Shown: positions 25,693 to 42,124 of the stretch, one piece after another
How the letters are laid out: the number at the start of each line of letters is the position of its first letter
How positions within the stretch are numbered: position 1 is the stretch's first letter
Sequence record: PP892526.1
From: Escherichia phage vB_EcoM_I14.1
Strand: one strand, 5' to 3'
Length of the DNA stretch: 64,000 nucleotides
Program-made: the position numbers and the translations under genes
Notes under the pieces: model-generated
Database searches by the model: none
The model's input: only the letters and a program-made list of their open reading frames with translations
What the model was told of the DNA's origin: nothing

Positions 25693-27045
25693 ATGTGGAA
25701 TCCAATTGTTAATGTAGATATTACATTGAACACCGCAGGAACTACAAGAGAAGGTTTTGGGCTACCACTATTTTTAGCTTCAACAGATAACTTTGAAGAA
25801 AGAGTCCGTGGTTACACTTCCTTAACTGAAGTTGCTGAAGATTTCGATGAAAACTCTGCTGCATATAAGGCTGCTAAACAACTTTGGAGTCAGACTCCTA
25901 AAGTAACCCAGCTTTATATTGGTAGACGTGCTATGCAGTACACTGTATCAATTCCTGATGAGGTTACTGAGAGCACCGACTATTCTTTAACTGTAGCTGT
26001 TGGCGGTGGAGTTTCTCAACCATTCCAGTATACAGCACAGACATCAGATACCGCTGAGAAAGTGCTACAGCAGTTCAAAACACAGATTGAAGCAGAACCT
26101 TCTGTAAAAGACCTTGTTACTGTCAATGTAACTGGTGCTGGCGGTTCAGCAACAATGGTAATCACCAAAGCTGGCGACAATGACTTCGTGAAGGTTACTA
26201 CTACAGCACAAACAGTGTCAATTGCAAGCACAACTGCTGACACAGCATCGACTGCTCTGGCAGCTATTGAAGCTTATTCAACTGACTGGTATTTCATTGC
26301 AGCAGAAGACAGAACTCAACAGTTTGTCTTAGCAATGGCTTCTGAGATTCAAGCTCGTAAGAAGATTTTCTTTACAGCTAACTCTGATGTAGCAGCACTG
26401 CAAGGTACAGAATTAGCCAGTGCAAATGACGTTCCAGCACAACTTGCTAAGAATAAGTACACTCGTACAGTTTGCTTGTGGCATCACACAGCAGCAGAAG
26501 ATTATCCAGAAATGGCATACATCGCTTATGGTGCTCCATATGATGCAGGTTCAATTGCTTGGGGTAACGCACAGTTAACTGGTGTAGCTGCTTCTCTACA
26601 GCCATCTAATCAGAGACCTCTGACAAGTATTCAGAAGTCAGCTTTAGATGCACGTCACTGTAACTTTATTGACCTTGATGGTGGTGTTCCAGTGGTTCGT
26701 AGAGGGATTACTTCTGGTGGGGAATGGATTGATATCATCCGTGGTGTTGACTGGTTAGAATCAGACCTGAAAACTTCTCTGAGAGACTTGCTAATTAACC
26801 AGAAGGGTGGTAAGATTACTTATGATGATACTGGTATTACCCGTATTCGTCAAGTCATTGAAACCTCTCTGCAAAGAGCAGTCAACAGAAACTTCCTGTC
26901 ATCTTACACAGTTAATGTTCCTAAAGCCTCTCAAGTTGCTTTGGCAGACAAGAAAGCTCGCATCCTGAAAGATGTTACCTTCGCAGGTATCTTAGCAGGG
27001 GCTATCTTGGATGTTGACTTGAAAGGTACAGTGGCTTACGAATAA
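25693..27045 (+). CDS. tail sheath-like protein
   Basis: 450 aa, followed by 148-aa tube-like gene, chaperone pair and tape measure. Confidence 0.6.
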   Translation: MWNPIVNVDITLNTAGTTREGFGLPLFLASTDNFEERVRGYTSLTEVAEDFDENSAAYKAAKQLWSQTPKVTQLYIGRRAMQYTVSIPDEVTESTDYSLTVAVGGGVSQPFQYTAQTSDTAEKVLQQFKTQIEAEPSVKDLVTVNVTGAGGSATMVITKAGDNDFVKVTTTAQTVSIASTTADTASTALAAIEAYSTDWYFIAAEDRTQQFVLAMASEIQARKKIFFTANSDVAALQGTELASANDVPAQLAKNKYTRTVCLWHHTAAEDYPEMAYIAYGAPYDAGSIAWGNAQLTGVAASLQPSNQRPLTSIQKSALDARHCNFIDLDGGVPVVRRGITSGGEWIDIIRGVDWLESDLKTSLRDLLINQKGGKITYDDTGITRIRQVIETSLQRAVNRNFLSSYTVNVPKASQVALADKKARILKDVTFAGILAGAILDVDLKGTVAYE

Positions 27046-27060
27046 TAGAGGTAAATTGGA

Positions 27061-27507
27061 ATGGCTATGTATCAGCAATATTCCCCTAAAGACGTTGTGT
27101 GTAGCTGGAATGGTATTGCCATTGAAGGCTTTGCCCCAGACTCATTCTTACGTCTACAGAGAACATCACCACTTGTGACACCAGTTGTAGGTGCAGGTGG
27201 TCAAGTTGCTCTGACAAGAAATGCAGACAAGACAGGTACTATTGAGATTGAGCTAATGCAGACTTCTCTCTCTAATCAGATGCTTTCTGCAATTCAAGCT
27301 AAACAAGACAATATGGAACTTGAAGAAGATATCTCTTCTAACTTCGTAATCTACGACCCATCAGGCTCTGTTCTGGCAACTGGTATTAATGCTTGGTTGC
27401 AGGAACTACCACAGATTGAACTTGGTCGTGACCAGAACTCTAAAACTTGGATTTTTGGTTGTGAGAAGCTAGACTACACTTCTACAATTCCAGCGTCAAG
27501 TGTTTAA
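27061..27507 (+). CDS. tail tube-like protein
   Basis: 148 aa, position; strong terminator follows. Confidence 0.6.
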   Translation: MAMYQQYSPKDVVCSWNGIAIEGFAPDSFLRLQRTSPLVTPVVGAGGQVALTRNADKTGTIEIELMQTSLSNQMLSAIQAKQDNMELEEDISSNFVIYDPSGSVLATGINAWLQELPQIELGRDQNSKTWIFGCEKLDYTSTIPASSV

Positions 27508-27519
27508 TAAATCCTATAA

Positions 27520-27551
27520 GGGGGAGACTTTAAAAGGTCTTCCCCTTTTTT
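27520..27551 (+). terminator. rho-independent terminator after tube gene
   Basis: GGGGGAGAC..GTCTTCCCC then TTTTTT. Confidence 0.8.
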
Positions 27552-27580
27552 GTTTCTTTTAAAAGTATTAAGGAATCACA

Positions 27581-27979
27581 ATGAAAACAGAATCTAGAGT
27601 AATTAATGGTAAGAAAGTAAACATCATTCTGCTTGGGGCAAGAGATGGTATTAAGATGTCTATGAAGTTGGGTAAAATTGTTGTTCCAACATTTGCACAG
27701 ATGCTGTCAAGCCTGACTGATAAAGATAAGAAAGAAGCTCCGATGGTTCCGTTTAAAGAACTTGTTGAAGCTTGTTTTGACAGAATTGAAGAAATTAACC
27801 TTGAAGAAATGGCTACCCTGTTATTTCAAGGGGCAACTGTTGATGACTTCCCACTTAATATTGATACATACTTCCAAGCAAACTATGGTGAATTTATTGA
27901 TTACTTAGCATTTGCGCTGGAGGCAAACTTCGGAAGTTTTTTCGAAGCAAGCATTTTCAAAAGCCTAACTTCTCAGTAA
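27581..27979 (+). CDS. tail assembly chaperone (by position)
   Basis: 132 aa preceding tape measure. Confidence 0.55.
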   Translation: MKTESRVINGKKVNIILLGARDGIKMSMKLGKIVVPTFAQMLSSLTDKDKKEAPMVPFKELVEACFDRIEEINLEEMATLLFQGATVDDFPLNIDTYFQANYGEFIDYLAFALEANFGSFFEASIFKSLTSQ

Positions 27980-27981
27980 AC

Positions 27982-28220
27982 ATGGGTAATACTCTACAGA
28001 CACCACTGACTGATGCTGCTGTAGAGGCAACCTATGAAGAAGCAGACGAGATGAAATTTGTGCTTGCTATTTATGGTATGGAAGGGTGTAAAGAAACACT
28101 TGACCAACTCTTTGCTATGACATTCTCTGATTTATTATCATTGAGACAATTTCTTGAGATTCAGAGGTCGTATAAAGAGGAAATTGCTTACAACGAACTT
28201 AGAAGAGCAGGAAAAATGTA

Positions 28221-28221
<1 letters not shown>
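27982..28221 (+). CDS. tail assembly chaperone (by position)
   Basis: 79 aa; separate ORF with own ATG. Confidence 0.5.
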
Positions 28222-33605
<5,384 letters not shown>

Positions 33606-33606
<1 letters not shown>

Positions 33607-35075
33607 TGGCAGGACTAACTACAACAGGATTACAAACTCTAAGATATCAGGAGATTTTTGATAATATCAAATCAAGACTTCTTAGAGATATTTCACCAAA
33701 CCTTGACGTTTCTGAAGATAGTCAATTAGGACTCTTCCTAGCTTCAATTGCAAGGTCTTTAGCAGATACTCATGAGATTCTATCAGAAGTCTACGATGGG
33801 GGTACAATTGATAAGGCTGAAGGCTTTAACCTTGATGATATTACAGCTTTAAATGCGGTATACAGATATGTTGCTCAGGCAACAAGAGGTCAAGTTGAGT
33901 TTACTGGAACGACTGGTGCTACCATTCCTTCAACAACAAGATTAAGAAGTACTGCCGGAAACATCTTTTATCCAGTTAATAATATTACCCTTACTCCATC
34001 ATATTGTGTTGAAGCTGTCCTTGAAGTTAACTCTTTACGAACTGATGCAGATTATGTTATTATTATTGATAACGTCATTTTCTCATATAAACCAACCTCA
34101 TCAGACACAATCACCACGCTTCTAACAAAATTGGCAGAGGCTATTAATGGTGGTATTGTAGCAAAAGCAGAAGTCATTAATGATGGAGCCGCATTAAGAG
34201 TCTATAAAGATGAGGGCGATATCATTGCAAGAACAAACCCTATGGTTGTCACTGCAACAACGTTTCTGACCTTTACAAAAATTACAACTATTTCAGATGT
34301 AGTAGCTGAAGAGGTGGGTGCTACCCCTGCTTTGGCTGGTACACTTATTGAGATTGAGACAACTGTTGATGGTCTTGACAGTATTTATAACAGGTATGAC
34401 TTAACAACTGGTAGAAACGAAGAAACTGACACAGAACTTAGACAGAGATATTTAGAATCTTTAGCAGTTACTGGTGTAGGGACTTTGGATGCAATTGTAG
34501 CTGCTGTTAAAAGAGTTCAAGGTGTCTCAGATGCTTCAGGTGTTGAGAATGATACTGAAGAGACAAGCTCAGAAGGTCTTCCACCAAAATCTTTTAAGAT
34601 TGTTGTAGTTGGTGGTCAAAATGATAATGTTGCTCAAGCAATCTGGGATACAAAACCTGCTGGTATTAGGGCTTATGGCTCAATTTTTGGTACAGCCCAT
34701 GATTTAGGTGGTTTGGCACATAATATTTATTTTAGCAGACCAACACCAAAATACGCATTTGTTAAAGTCTCTTACTCTTTATATGATGAAGAAAGCTTGA
34801 CAATCCCTGAAGAGGATATCAGAGACAGCATTGTACAAGGTATTAATGCCTACGGAAGAACTCTTAAGGTTGGTAATGATGTTATCCCTAACAGAATCTA
34901 TGGACATATCTATGACGTAATTAAAGGTATTGAGATTAATGAAGTTAAAGTAGCATTATCAAATAGCCAATCAGTTCCACCTAGTGACGGGCAGTATACT
35001 ACAGCAAGAATTACTGTTGACGGTGACCAATATACTGTTTGGGAAAGCAGTCAGTATACCATCACTAAGGAGTAA
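33606..35075 (+). CDS. baseplate J-like protein
   Basis: 489 aa; N-terminal pattern and position typical of baseplate J family. Confidence 0.5.
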
Positions 35076-35077
35076 TA

Positions 35078-35932
35078 ATGTTTGAAAAGATTGATAGTGT
35101 TTATTACAAAACACTTGATGAAAGGACTGTAACACAGTTTAAAGATAAATTTATCTATACAAGTATCTTGAAAGCAATCACTGATGAGTTACAAACTCTA
35201 GAGGATGTTTGCTGGCAGATGCACACAGAGAGAAATATCAGGACGTCAGTAGGACAACAACTGGATAATATTGGCTCACTGATTAAAGTTCCTAGACCTT
35301 TAGGTGCAGATGATGAAACATATAGAGCTATGCTTTATATCCAAATCTTCCTAAGACGCTCTGACACCACCCCAACATTCTTGCAAAAAGCAATTATGAC
35401 ACTATATGGTGCAACTTTCTCTCAGATTTTTGAGCATATTACTCCTAAGACTGGTGGTATCGTTATCCGTATCAACACTAGGAAAAGCGTTCTAGATGCT
35501 GCATATACACTGTCAAAGATTTCTGCAACAACTACTGGCTCCGCTGTTATCTTAAGAGATGTTACTTTAAAAGGAACTGCTTGGACTCCTGTAGAGGTTG
35601 CTGATTCATCACTTGCTATTGTTGATGATAAAGAGAACTGGTTTGTAACTGACGCTAACAGAGGTCTTGTCACAAATAACACTGGTGGCTCTCTGGAGTC
35701 CAACCTAGTAGGGAGCCTTGCAGATGCTGGTGTTATTGATGGTTACTTTAAGGTTGACAGAACAGCAAACTCACAGAGTGATGATTATATGACTGTAGAT
35801 AGGTCTAATAACAGTGGATATTTCATCGTTGGTAAAGAAGCTATCGCAGGTGGTGCATACGGAATCATGGCTGAGGTTGCACAAATTGTCAAAGGCAGAA
35901 AAGATAAATCACAACAAGAAGGAAATTCTTAA
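35078..35932 (+). CDS. putative baseplate/tail fibre attachment protein
   Basis: 284 aa, position. Confidence 0.45.
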   Translation: MFEKIDSVYYKTLDERTVTQFKDKFIYTSILKAITDELQTLEDVCWQMHTERNIRTSVGQQLDNIGSLIKVPRPLGADDETYRAMLYIQIFLRRSDTTPTFLQKAIMTLYGATFSQIFEHITPKTGGIVIRINTRKSVLDAAYTLSKISATTTGSAVILRDVTLKGTAWTPVEVADSSLAIVDDKENWFVTDANRGLVTNNTGGSLESNLVGSLADAGVIDGYFKVDRTANSQSDDYMTVDRSNNSGYFIVGKEAIAGGAYGIMAEVAQIVKGRKDKSQQEGNS

Positions 35933-36234
35933 TGGCAGTTTTAAATTGGTCTACAAATGAAGTAGATACTGATGGTAACCAGTTAAAAGTTTTACCACCA
36001 CCGGAAGTTCAAGAGACAGGTCTTTTAAAGGGTGAACCTATGGGTAGACAGTGGTTCAACTATATTATCAACTACCTGCTTAATAAAGTAAACGGCACTG
36101 TTGGTGAAGTTCGCTCATATGCAACTGAGCAACCAGATTTAGTGGCTAATGGCTGGAATCTGATTAAGTCTGAGACAGGGACTGCATCAACAAGTACAAG
36201 AAACCTTTACACATATGAATATGTAGGAGCTTAA
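35932..36234 (+). CDS. hypothetical protein
   Basis: 100 aa. Confidence 0.5.
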   Translation: MAVLNWSTNEVDTDGNQLKVLPPPEVQETGLLKGEPMGRQWFNYIINYLLNKVNGTVGEVRSYATEQPDLVANGWNLIKSETGTASTSTRNLYTYEYVGA

Positions 36235-36236
36235 TA

Positions 36237-37412
36237 ATGGCAGTAGGTGAAATTCAAATTAGTGCCTTGCCACAAGCGGCCTTACCAGTTGATTTAAGTG
36301 ATATCTTCCATCTCAAGCAAGGTGTTGAGGATAAAAGATGTACGCTTGAACAGTTGTTAGCACCTCACGCATCTCTGAGGAATAACCCTCATGGTGTAAC
36401 TAAATCACAAGTTGGTCTTGATAATGTTATTAACTCTCTTCAATTAGTTGCAGCTAATAACTTGTCAGATATTGTAAGTGTTGCTGAGGCAAGAGCAAAT
36501 CTACAAATTATGTCGTCAGAGGAAGTGAATAACTTAATTCAGCAACATATTGACGACAAAAGTAACCCACACAATACAACGAAAGCACAGGTTGGTTTAA
36601 GTAATGTTCAGAACTGGACAACATCTAATCTGTACAATGAAGATGCTGATAAGTATGCTACCGCGAAAGCAGTTAATAATTTATATAAAGCTATCCAAGC
36701 GTCATATCCAGTAGGGACTATTCATCTATCTGTTAACTCTGCTAACCCATCCACTTACTTGCTTTGTGGAGGTACTTGGGAGTTAGTTTCTAAAGGTAGA
36801 GCATTAGTTGGTTATGATACAGATTCTAGACCTGTTGGTTCAACGTTTGGTTCTCAGACTGTAGCATTAACAAATAATAATTTACCAGCACATACTCACT
36901 CTATCTATCTAACAGGTGGTGGTCATACACACTCTGCAAGTGTATCTATCTCTAGTTTTGATTATGGTTCAAAAAGTACATCAACTTTTGATTACGGTAC
37001 AAAAACGACTAATAGTGCTGGTGCTCACACTCACACGTTTAGTGGCACAACAAGTAATGCTGGTAACCACAACCATAGAGTCCCTATGAGGGGTAATGAT
37101 AGGGGTGGCACAAACGCTATTACTGCATCTGCTGATGCTGGTGTTGGTAATGCTATGTATACTGATTTAGCTGGTGCTCACACCCATAGCTTCTCAGGTA
37201 CAACTGCATCATCTGGTGCTCATAGCCATACTGTCGCAATTGGTGCTCACAGCCACACTGTTAATATTGGTTCGCACAGTCATACAGGCACTGTTACTGT
37301 TTCTAGCTCTGAGCATACACACTCAGGGACATCTGGTTCTGTTGGTGGTGGTCAAGCTTTCAGTGTTGAGCAGCCATCTTTTGTAGTGTATGTGTGGCAG
37401 AGAACAGCTTAA
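36237..37412 (+). CDS. tail fibre protein with His-rich HxH repeat tip
   Basis: Repeats AHTHS, GHTHSAS, GAHTHTFSGTTS, GNHNHR, GAHSHTV x2; C-terminus shared with next gene. Confidence 0.75.
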   Translation: MAVGEIQISALPQAALPVDLSDIFHLKQGVEDKRCTLEQLLAPHASLRNNPHGVTKSQVGLDNVINSLQLVAANNLSDIVSVAEARANLQIMSSEEVNNLIQQHIDDKSNPHNTTKAQVGLSNVQNWTTSNLYNEDADKYATAKAVNNLYKAIQASYPVGTIHLSVNSANPSTYLLCGGTWELVSKGRALVGYDTDSRPVGSTFGSQTVALTNNNLPAHTHSIYLTGGGHTHSASVSISSFDYGSKSTSTFDYGTKTTNSAGAHTHTFSGTTSNAGNHNHRVPMRGNDRGGTNAITASADAGVGNAMYTDLAGAHTHSFSGTTASSGAHSHTVAIGAHSHTVNIGSHSHTGTVTVSSSEHTHSGTSGSVGGGQAFSVEQPSFVVYVWQRTA

Positions 37413-37422
37413 TTTCTTTACA

Positions 37423-37442
37423 GGGGCTATAAAGCCCCTTTT
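37423..37442 (+). terminator. intrinsic terminator between the two fibre genes
   Basis: GGGGCT-ataa-AGCCCC TTTT. Confidence 0.65.
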
Positions 37443-37458
37443 AAGAGGAAAATTCATA

Positions 37459-39996
37459 ATGGCAGATTACAAATTGAGTCAGTTAAACTCAATCGACACA
37501 ATTCGTTCAGAAGACCTATTGCACATCAGAGTTAAGAAAAGACCTAAAATGTTGGGTGACGAAGACCGTAGAATGACCTATCAAGACTTCTTAGCATCTT
37601 TTAAACTTGAAAGATTTGTTCAGATTGCTGGTAGTACTATGACAGGTGACTTAGGGATTGTTAAGTTACTTTATGGTGGTAAGGCAGTATTTGACCCAAC
37701 AGGCTCTTCTGAGGTTACTATTGGGGATATTTTAAAGACTTTTAAAATTAATTCAAATGGGCTTAAACTCACTATTGCAGATGCCACAAGGTCGGCAACT
37801 GTTTATCATACTTTGAACAAACCAAGCCCTAATGAACTTGGCATGAGAACTAATGAAGAGAATGATGCAAGATATGCAAGGCTTGCTGTTACAAACACAT
37901 TCTCTGGAACTCAGAACATTCAAGGTGATGCTAACTTACTTCGCCTTAGAAACCGAAATGCAAACAATGCACAATACATTGAAGGTGTAAACCTAGATGG
38001 TTCAGCTAGATGGTGGGTTGGTATTGGTAGCAATGGTTCTGACGAAGTAAAACTGTACAATAACAAATACAACTCAGTCTTGACTGTTGCAAGTAATATC
38101 TCTGTTAATAAATCTTTAGCAATCACTGGACAAGTTCAACCTTCAGATTTCTCTAACTTAGATGCTAGATACTTCACTCAGACAGTTGCTAATCAGAGAT
38201 TTGCACAGTTAGCTGGCAATAATACTTTTACAGGTGCTAACACTTTCACTAGCCTTGTTGTTAAGAAGAATGCTAATGCTATTACTTTGCAGAATACTGA
38301 TACAAGTACAGCACTTTACATTCTCGGTAAGAAGTCTGATGGAACAAATAAATGGTATGTTGGTACAGATTCTGACGAGACACGTCTGAACATTTATAAC
38401 TACCTTACAGGTTCACAGGTTTCACTAGGTACTACTATTGGTATCAATAAGACTGTGCAAATCACTGGACAAGTTCAACCTTCGGATTGGGCTAATATCG
38501 ATTCTAGATATATTCCGGCAGCAACATTAAGTACGATTGCAAGAACTAATGCTGCTAATACATTCTCTGCACAACAGGTTATCAACGCTGATGGTGAAGC
38601 TCTTGCGTTAAAAGCAAAAACTGCAACGTCATTATTTATTAGAGGTAAGGATGTTGATGGAACCAGCAAGTGGTATGTTGGTAATGGTGATGCCAGTGAT
38701 ATCTTAAACCTGTATAACTACAAGACAGGTAAAGGGCTTAACATTGGTTCAGTATTTGAAATGAATGCAACTTTAGCAATCACTGGACAAGTTCAACCTT
38801 CTGATTGGGCTAATATTGATGCAAGATACTTTACGCAAAGTGCTAGTGATGGTAGATACCTGAGAGTCAGAAGTACTGGCTTCAATAATGGAAACGTTGA
38901 AAAGTGGGCTAAAATTGCTACTGTCGTTATGCCGCAATCCGCATCTACTGCGGTGATTGAAGTGTTTGGTGGGTCTGGTTTTAATGTTAACGCACCACAC
39001 CAAGCAGGTAAGTGTGAGATTATTTTACGAACATCAAACAATAACCCAAAGGGTTTAAATGTTGTAGCTTGGAGAACCGCAGAGAATACCATTGTCACAG
39101 ATATTGGTTATGTTAACACATCTGGCGACACTTATGATATTTACTGTAGGGTCGGTACGTACCAAAATGGTACAACATCAAGAGTTCAATCTTCTAGCAA
39201 TGCAAGTGTGCAGCTATTTGAAGTCCCACAAACGTTTGATGATGCCCCACAAGGTATTGTGAAGGGTACAATTGCAAAATACTACACAAGTTTGCAAAAG
39301 CCAACCCCTTCAGATATCGGTGCATATACTAAAGCTGAAACTGACCAGAAAATTGCAGAAGCAATCAGTGACTCTACAGACCTGAATAAAATCTATCCAG
39401 TCGGTATTGTGACGTGGTTTAACAGTAATGTTAACCCTAATACAGCACTTCCTGGTCTAACTTGGACGTACCTGAACAATGGTGTTGGCAGAACTATTAG
39501 AATTGCAGCAGCAAATGGCTCAGATGTTGCTACAACTGGTGGTTCAGACTCTGTAACGTTATCTGTTGGTAACTTACCTTCACACACGCATAGTTTCTCT
39601 GCTACCACTTCATCATTTGATTATGGTACTAAGACTTCTAGCACAACTGGTAACCATAACCACAACAGGGGGACTATGGAGATTACTGGTACAGTAGGTT
39701 ACTTCAGAAGTGATTCTAGCAGCTTCTACACAGCAAGTGGTGCATTCACACTTGGTAGTTCAACTGCTTCTAAAGGTTTTACTGGTTCTAACTTCACTTA
39801 TGGTATCCCTGCTAACTTCAATGCGTCAAGAACTTGGTCTGGTGTAACGAATACAACAGGTAACCACAGCCACACTGTTGGTATTGGTGCTCACAGCCAC
39901 ACAGTTAGCGGTAACACAGGTGGTACTGGTTCTGGTTCAGCATTTAGTGTTACTAACCAGTTCTACAAGTTAATGGCTTGGGTAAGAACTGCTTAA
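37459..39996 (+). CDS. long tail fibre protein with three internal ~110-aa repeats and HxH tip
   Basis: ATG 37459 with AAGAGGAAA RBS (track start 37390 overlaps previous gene); triplicated ITGQVQPSD(F/W)(S/A)N(L/I)D(A/S)RY; C-terminal HTHSFS, GNHNHN, GNHSHTVGIGAHSHTV. Confidence 0.8.
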   Translation: MADYKLSQLNSIDTIRSEDLLHIRVKKRPKMLGDEDRRMTYQDFLASFKLERFVQIAGSTMTGDLGIVKLLYGGKAVFDPTGSSEVTIGDILKTFKINSNGLKLTIADATRSATVYHTLNKPSPNELGMRTNEENDARYARLAVTNTFSGTQNIQGDANLLRLRNRNANNAQYIEGVNLDGSARWWVGIGSNGSDEVKLYNNKYNSVLTVASNISVNKSLAITGQVQPSDFSNLDARYFTQTVANQRFAQLAGNNTFTGANTFTSLVVKKNANAITLQNTDTSTALYILGKKSDGTNKWYVGTDSDETRLNIYNYLTGSQVSLGTTIGINKTVQITGQVQPSDWANIDSRYIPAATLSTIARTNAANTFSAQQVINADGEALALKAKTATSLFIRGKDVDGTSKWYVGNGDASDILNLYNYKTGKGLNIGSVFEMNATLAITGQVQPSDWANIDARYFTQSASDGRYLRVRSTGFNNGNVEKWAKIATVVMPQSASTAVIEVFGGSGFNVNAPHQAGKCEIILRTSNNNPKGLNVVAWRTAENTIVTDIGYVNTSGDTYDIYCRVGTYQNGTTSRVQSSSNASVQLFEVPQTFDDAPQGIVKGTIAKYYTSLQKPTPSDIGAYTKAETDQKIAEAISDSTDLNKIYPVGIVTWFNSNVNPNTALPGLTWTYLNNGVGRTIRIAAANGSDVATTGGSDSVTLSVGNLPSHTHSFSATTSSFDYGTKTSSTTGNHNHNRGTMEITGTVGYFRSDSSSFYTASGAFTLGSSTASKGFTGSNFTYGIPANFNASRTWSGVTNTTGNHSHTVGIGAHSHTVSGNTGGTGSGSAFSVTNQFYKLMAWVRTA

Positions 39997-40003
39997 TCAC
40001 TTG

Positions 40004-40032
40004 TTGACTGATTGTTAAGATGGTGTTAATAT
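40004..40032 (+). promoter_or_regulatory. sigma70-like promoter TTGACT-N17-TAATAT within a 10-bp inverted repeat
   Basis: Direct reading; inverted repeat AAGATGGTG..CACCATCTT. Confidence 0.5.
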
Positions 40033-40075
40033 TCTTTATGGGTATTCTCACCATCTTGGCTGATGAGGTGATTAA

Positions 40076-40273
40076 ATGCCTACAATCCTAGCAATTCTTC
40101 TAAAAAATCTAGGTAGCTTCTTCTGGAAACTCATTTTATCCCTTCTAAGTGAATACATGATTGAGAAAGTGTTCTTTAGGCTTGCAAGATACCTTGCGAG
40201 TAAAACAGACACACCTATTGATGATGAGTTCGTAGATAACTTAGAAAAAGCTTTTAAGGGGGAAAATAAATGA
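40076..40273 (+). CDS. small membrane protein, holin-like candidate
   Basis: 65 aa, N-terminal hydrophobic helix, charged C-terminus. Confidence 0.45.
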   Translation: MPTILAILLKNLGSFFWKLILSLLSEYMIEKVFFRLARYLASKTDTPIDDEFVDNLEKAFKGENK

Positions 40274-40641
40274 AGTGGCTAGAGGAAGCTTTTAAAAATA
40301 ATATTGGTGCAATTGTAGTTGGTATTTTTAGTGTTATTGGGATGTATACCACCATGCAAGTTTCAAGTGGTAAACAAGAAGTGTCTGTCACAACAAAGTT
40401 ACAGCAGCTAGATAACTATTCCAAAAGTAATTATTCAGCTATTCGTGATTTACAGTCTGACATGAGATTGATTCAGCTAGGGATGGAGAACCAGAAAGTT
40501 CAGTTAGAGAATGTTAAGGGTGAGAATGCAAAACTTACCAAAACTCTTGATAAGTTCTCTGATAGTGTGAACAATCTGGCTCAGTCAGTATCAGCCTTGC
40601 AAGCTATTACTGAAAAGAACACAAAGAATACTGAAAAGTAA
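40270..40641 (+). CDS. membrane-anchored coiled-coil protein (spanin- or holin-associated candidate)
   Basis: 123 aa, N-terminal TM helix IGAIVVGIFSVIGMY then coiled coil. Confidence 0.45.
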   Translation: MKWLEEAFKNNIGAIVVGIFSVIGMYTTMQVSSGKQEVSVTTKLQQLDNYSKSNYSAIRDLQSDMRLIQLGMENQKVQLENVKGENAKLTKTLDKFSDSVNNLAQSVSALQAITEKNTKNTEK

Positions 40642-40648
40642 AGTTTAA

Positions 40649-40674
40649 GGCTCCTTTTTACGGGAGCCTTTTTT
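40649..40674. terminator. bidirectional terminator between convergent operons
   Basis: GGCTCC-tttttacg-GGAGCC flanked by T/A runs on both sides. Confidence 0.75.
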
Positions 40675-40677
40675 GTT

Positions 40678-41577
40678 TTATTTACCTACTGACAAAGGTG
40701 CTTCAATCTTTCCTGCATGTTGGTAGTTGTTAATTCCACCGATAAAGTCACTTGCAGTGAGATGTTTTAGGTCACTTAAAGTATTAAGTTGTAAACCAAT
40801 CTCAAAAGTAGGTGCATGGAACTCTTCATTGTTCAGTAGTTCATAAACCTGTTTCATGTGGTTCTGATAAATCTGGGTATCTCCAAAGACACCTATCAAG
40901 TACCGTGGAGTGTATCCAGTCATCTTACAAAGAACTTCCAGAATAAAGCCATAAGATGCAATATTAAACGGAAGTCCTAAAAAGGTGTCTACAGAACGCT
41001 GATACCATTGTAAGTCAACTTCACCCTCGTTAGTGATATAAATCTGAAACAGAACATGACAAGGTGCTAAAGCCATTGAGTTTGCTGCAATATCTGCTGC
41101 ATTCCAAGCATTAACAAGCATGTAACGGTCTGTGATATCACCCTTCATCTTTGTTACTAAGGTCTCTAACTGGTCTACAACACAACCATTATGACCTTCA
41201 AAGTTTCTCCACTGAACCCCGTAGATTCTTCCACCTGCATCTTCTAACCAATCTTGTTCAGAAGAGTAATTAGAGCTTAACCAGCGTTTAAAATCATCTG
41301 ACCAGATTGTCCAACGTTCTCCATCATTTTCACCCCAAGTACGGTAACGGAGTTCACCCAACTTATTCTCACCATTCAGGAACCATAAAGCTTCCCCAAT
41401 AACTTGCCGTGTGAACACCTGTTTAGATGTTAAGAGCGGGAAACCAGTTCGCATATCAAAACGAAACTGAGGTGGAGCAAAAGCAGAGATAACATCTCCA
41501 GTTCGTGTGGTACGCAGTTCACCAACGGATAAAACATGGTTCAGGATATTTTTGTAACTTGAATCTGCTTGTGACAT
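40678..41577 (-). CDS. thyA: thymidylate synthase
   Basis: Motifs LAPCH and LGLPFNIASYG. Confidence 0.9.
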   Translation of the reverse strand: MSQADSSYKNILNHVLSVGELRTTRTGDVISAFAPPQFRFDMRTGFPLLTSKQVFTRQVIGEALWFLNGENKLGELRYRTWGENDGERWTIWSDDFKRWLSSNYSSEQDWLEDAGGRIYGVQWRNFEGHNGCVVDQLETLVTKMKGDITDRYMLVNAWNAADIAANSMALAPCHVLFQIYITNEGEVDLQWYQRSVDTFLGLPFNIASYGFILEVLCKMTGYTPRYLIGVFGDTQIYQNHMKQVYELLNNEEFHAPTFEIGLQLNTLSDLKHLTASDFIGGINNYQHAGKIEAPLSVGK

Positions 41578-41578
41578 A

Positions 41579-42124
41579 TCAAAGGTGTCCTTTTACTTGT
41601 GGTGTATAGATATCAAAAGTTGCTTTTCCATCTGCTGATGGTCTTGACTGAATCTTAGCAAAAATTTTACGGTCATGCAACTTGTCAAAGAAGTTCTCAA
41701 AAGGTAGATACACAGTTGCCTCTTCAGTCACTTCATGGAAAACTGTATGAAACACTACATCAGCATACGGTAAAGCACTGACAAGGATACCTGCACCACC
41801 AATTACGAAAACATCTTCTTCAATATTACTGTCAAGATACTTTAAAAATGCTCCAAAAGAGTCTTGATGAGATTTAGCAAACATAACGTCATCTTTACTA
41901 AAATCTATACCGTAATAAGGCACAGAGTTTGTTAAGATAAGGTTTTCACGTTCAGGTAAAGGATTACTTCCCAGAGTCTTGAAAGTCTCGTTACCCATTA
42001 CTACTAAGTTGTCTTTAGTGAGTCTCTTAAACTCTTGCATATCCTCTTTATGTCGAGGCCACGGCATACCAGTTGGAGTACCAAACTCACCATTTCCACC
42101 ACTTGCAAAGATTAATTTAATCAT
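41579..42124 (-). CDS. folA: dihydrofolate reductase
   Basis: N-terminal IFASGGNGEFGTPTGMPW..VVMGNETFKTL pattern, 181 aa, adjacent to thyA. Confidence 0.85.
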   Translation of the reverse strand: MIKLIFASGGNGEFGTPTGMPWPRHKEDMQEFKRLTKDNLVVMGNETFKTLGSNPLPERENLILTNSVPYYGIDFSKDDVMFAKSHQDSFGAFLKYLDSNIEEDVFVIGGAGILVSALPYADVVFHTVFHEVTEEATVYLPFENFFDKLHDRKIFAKIQSRPSADGKATFDIYTPQVKGHL

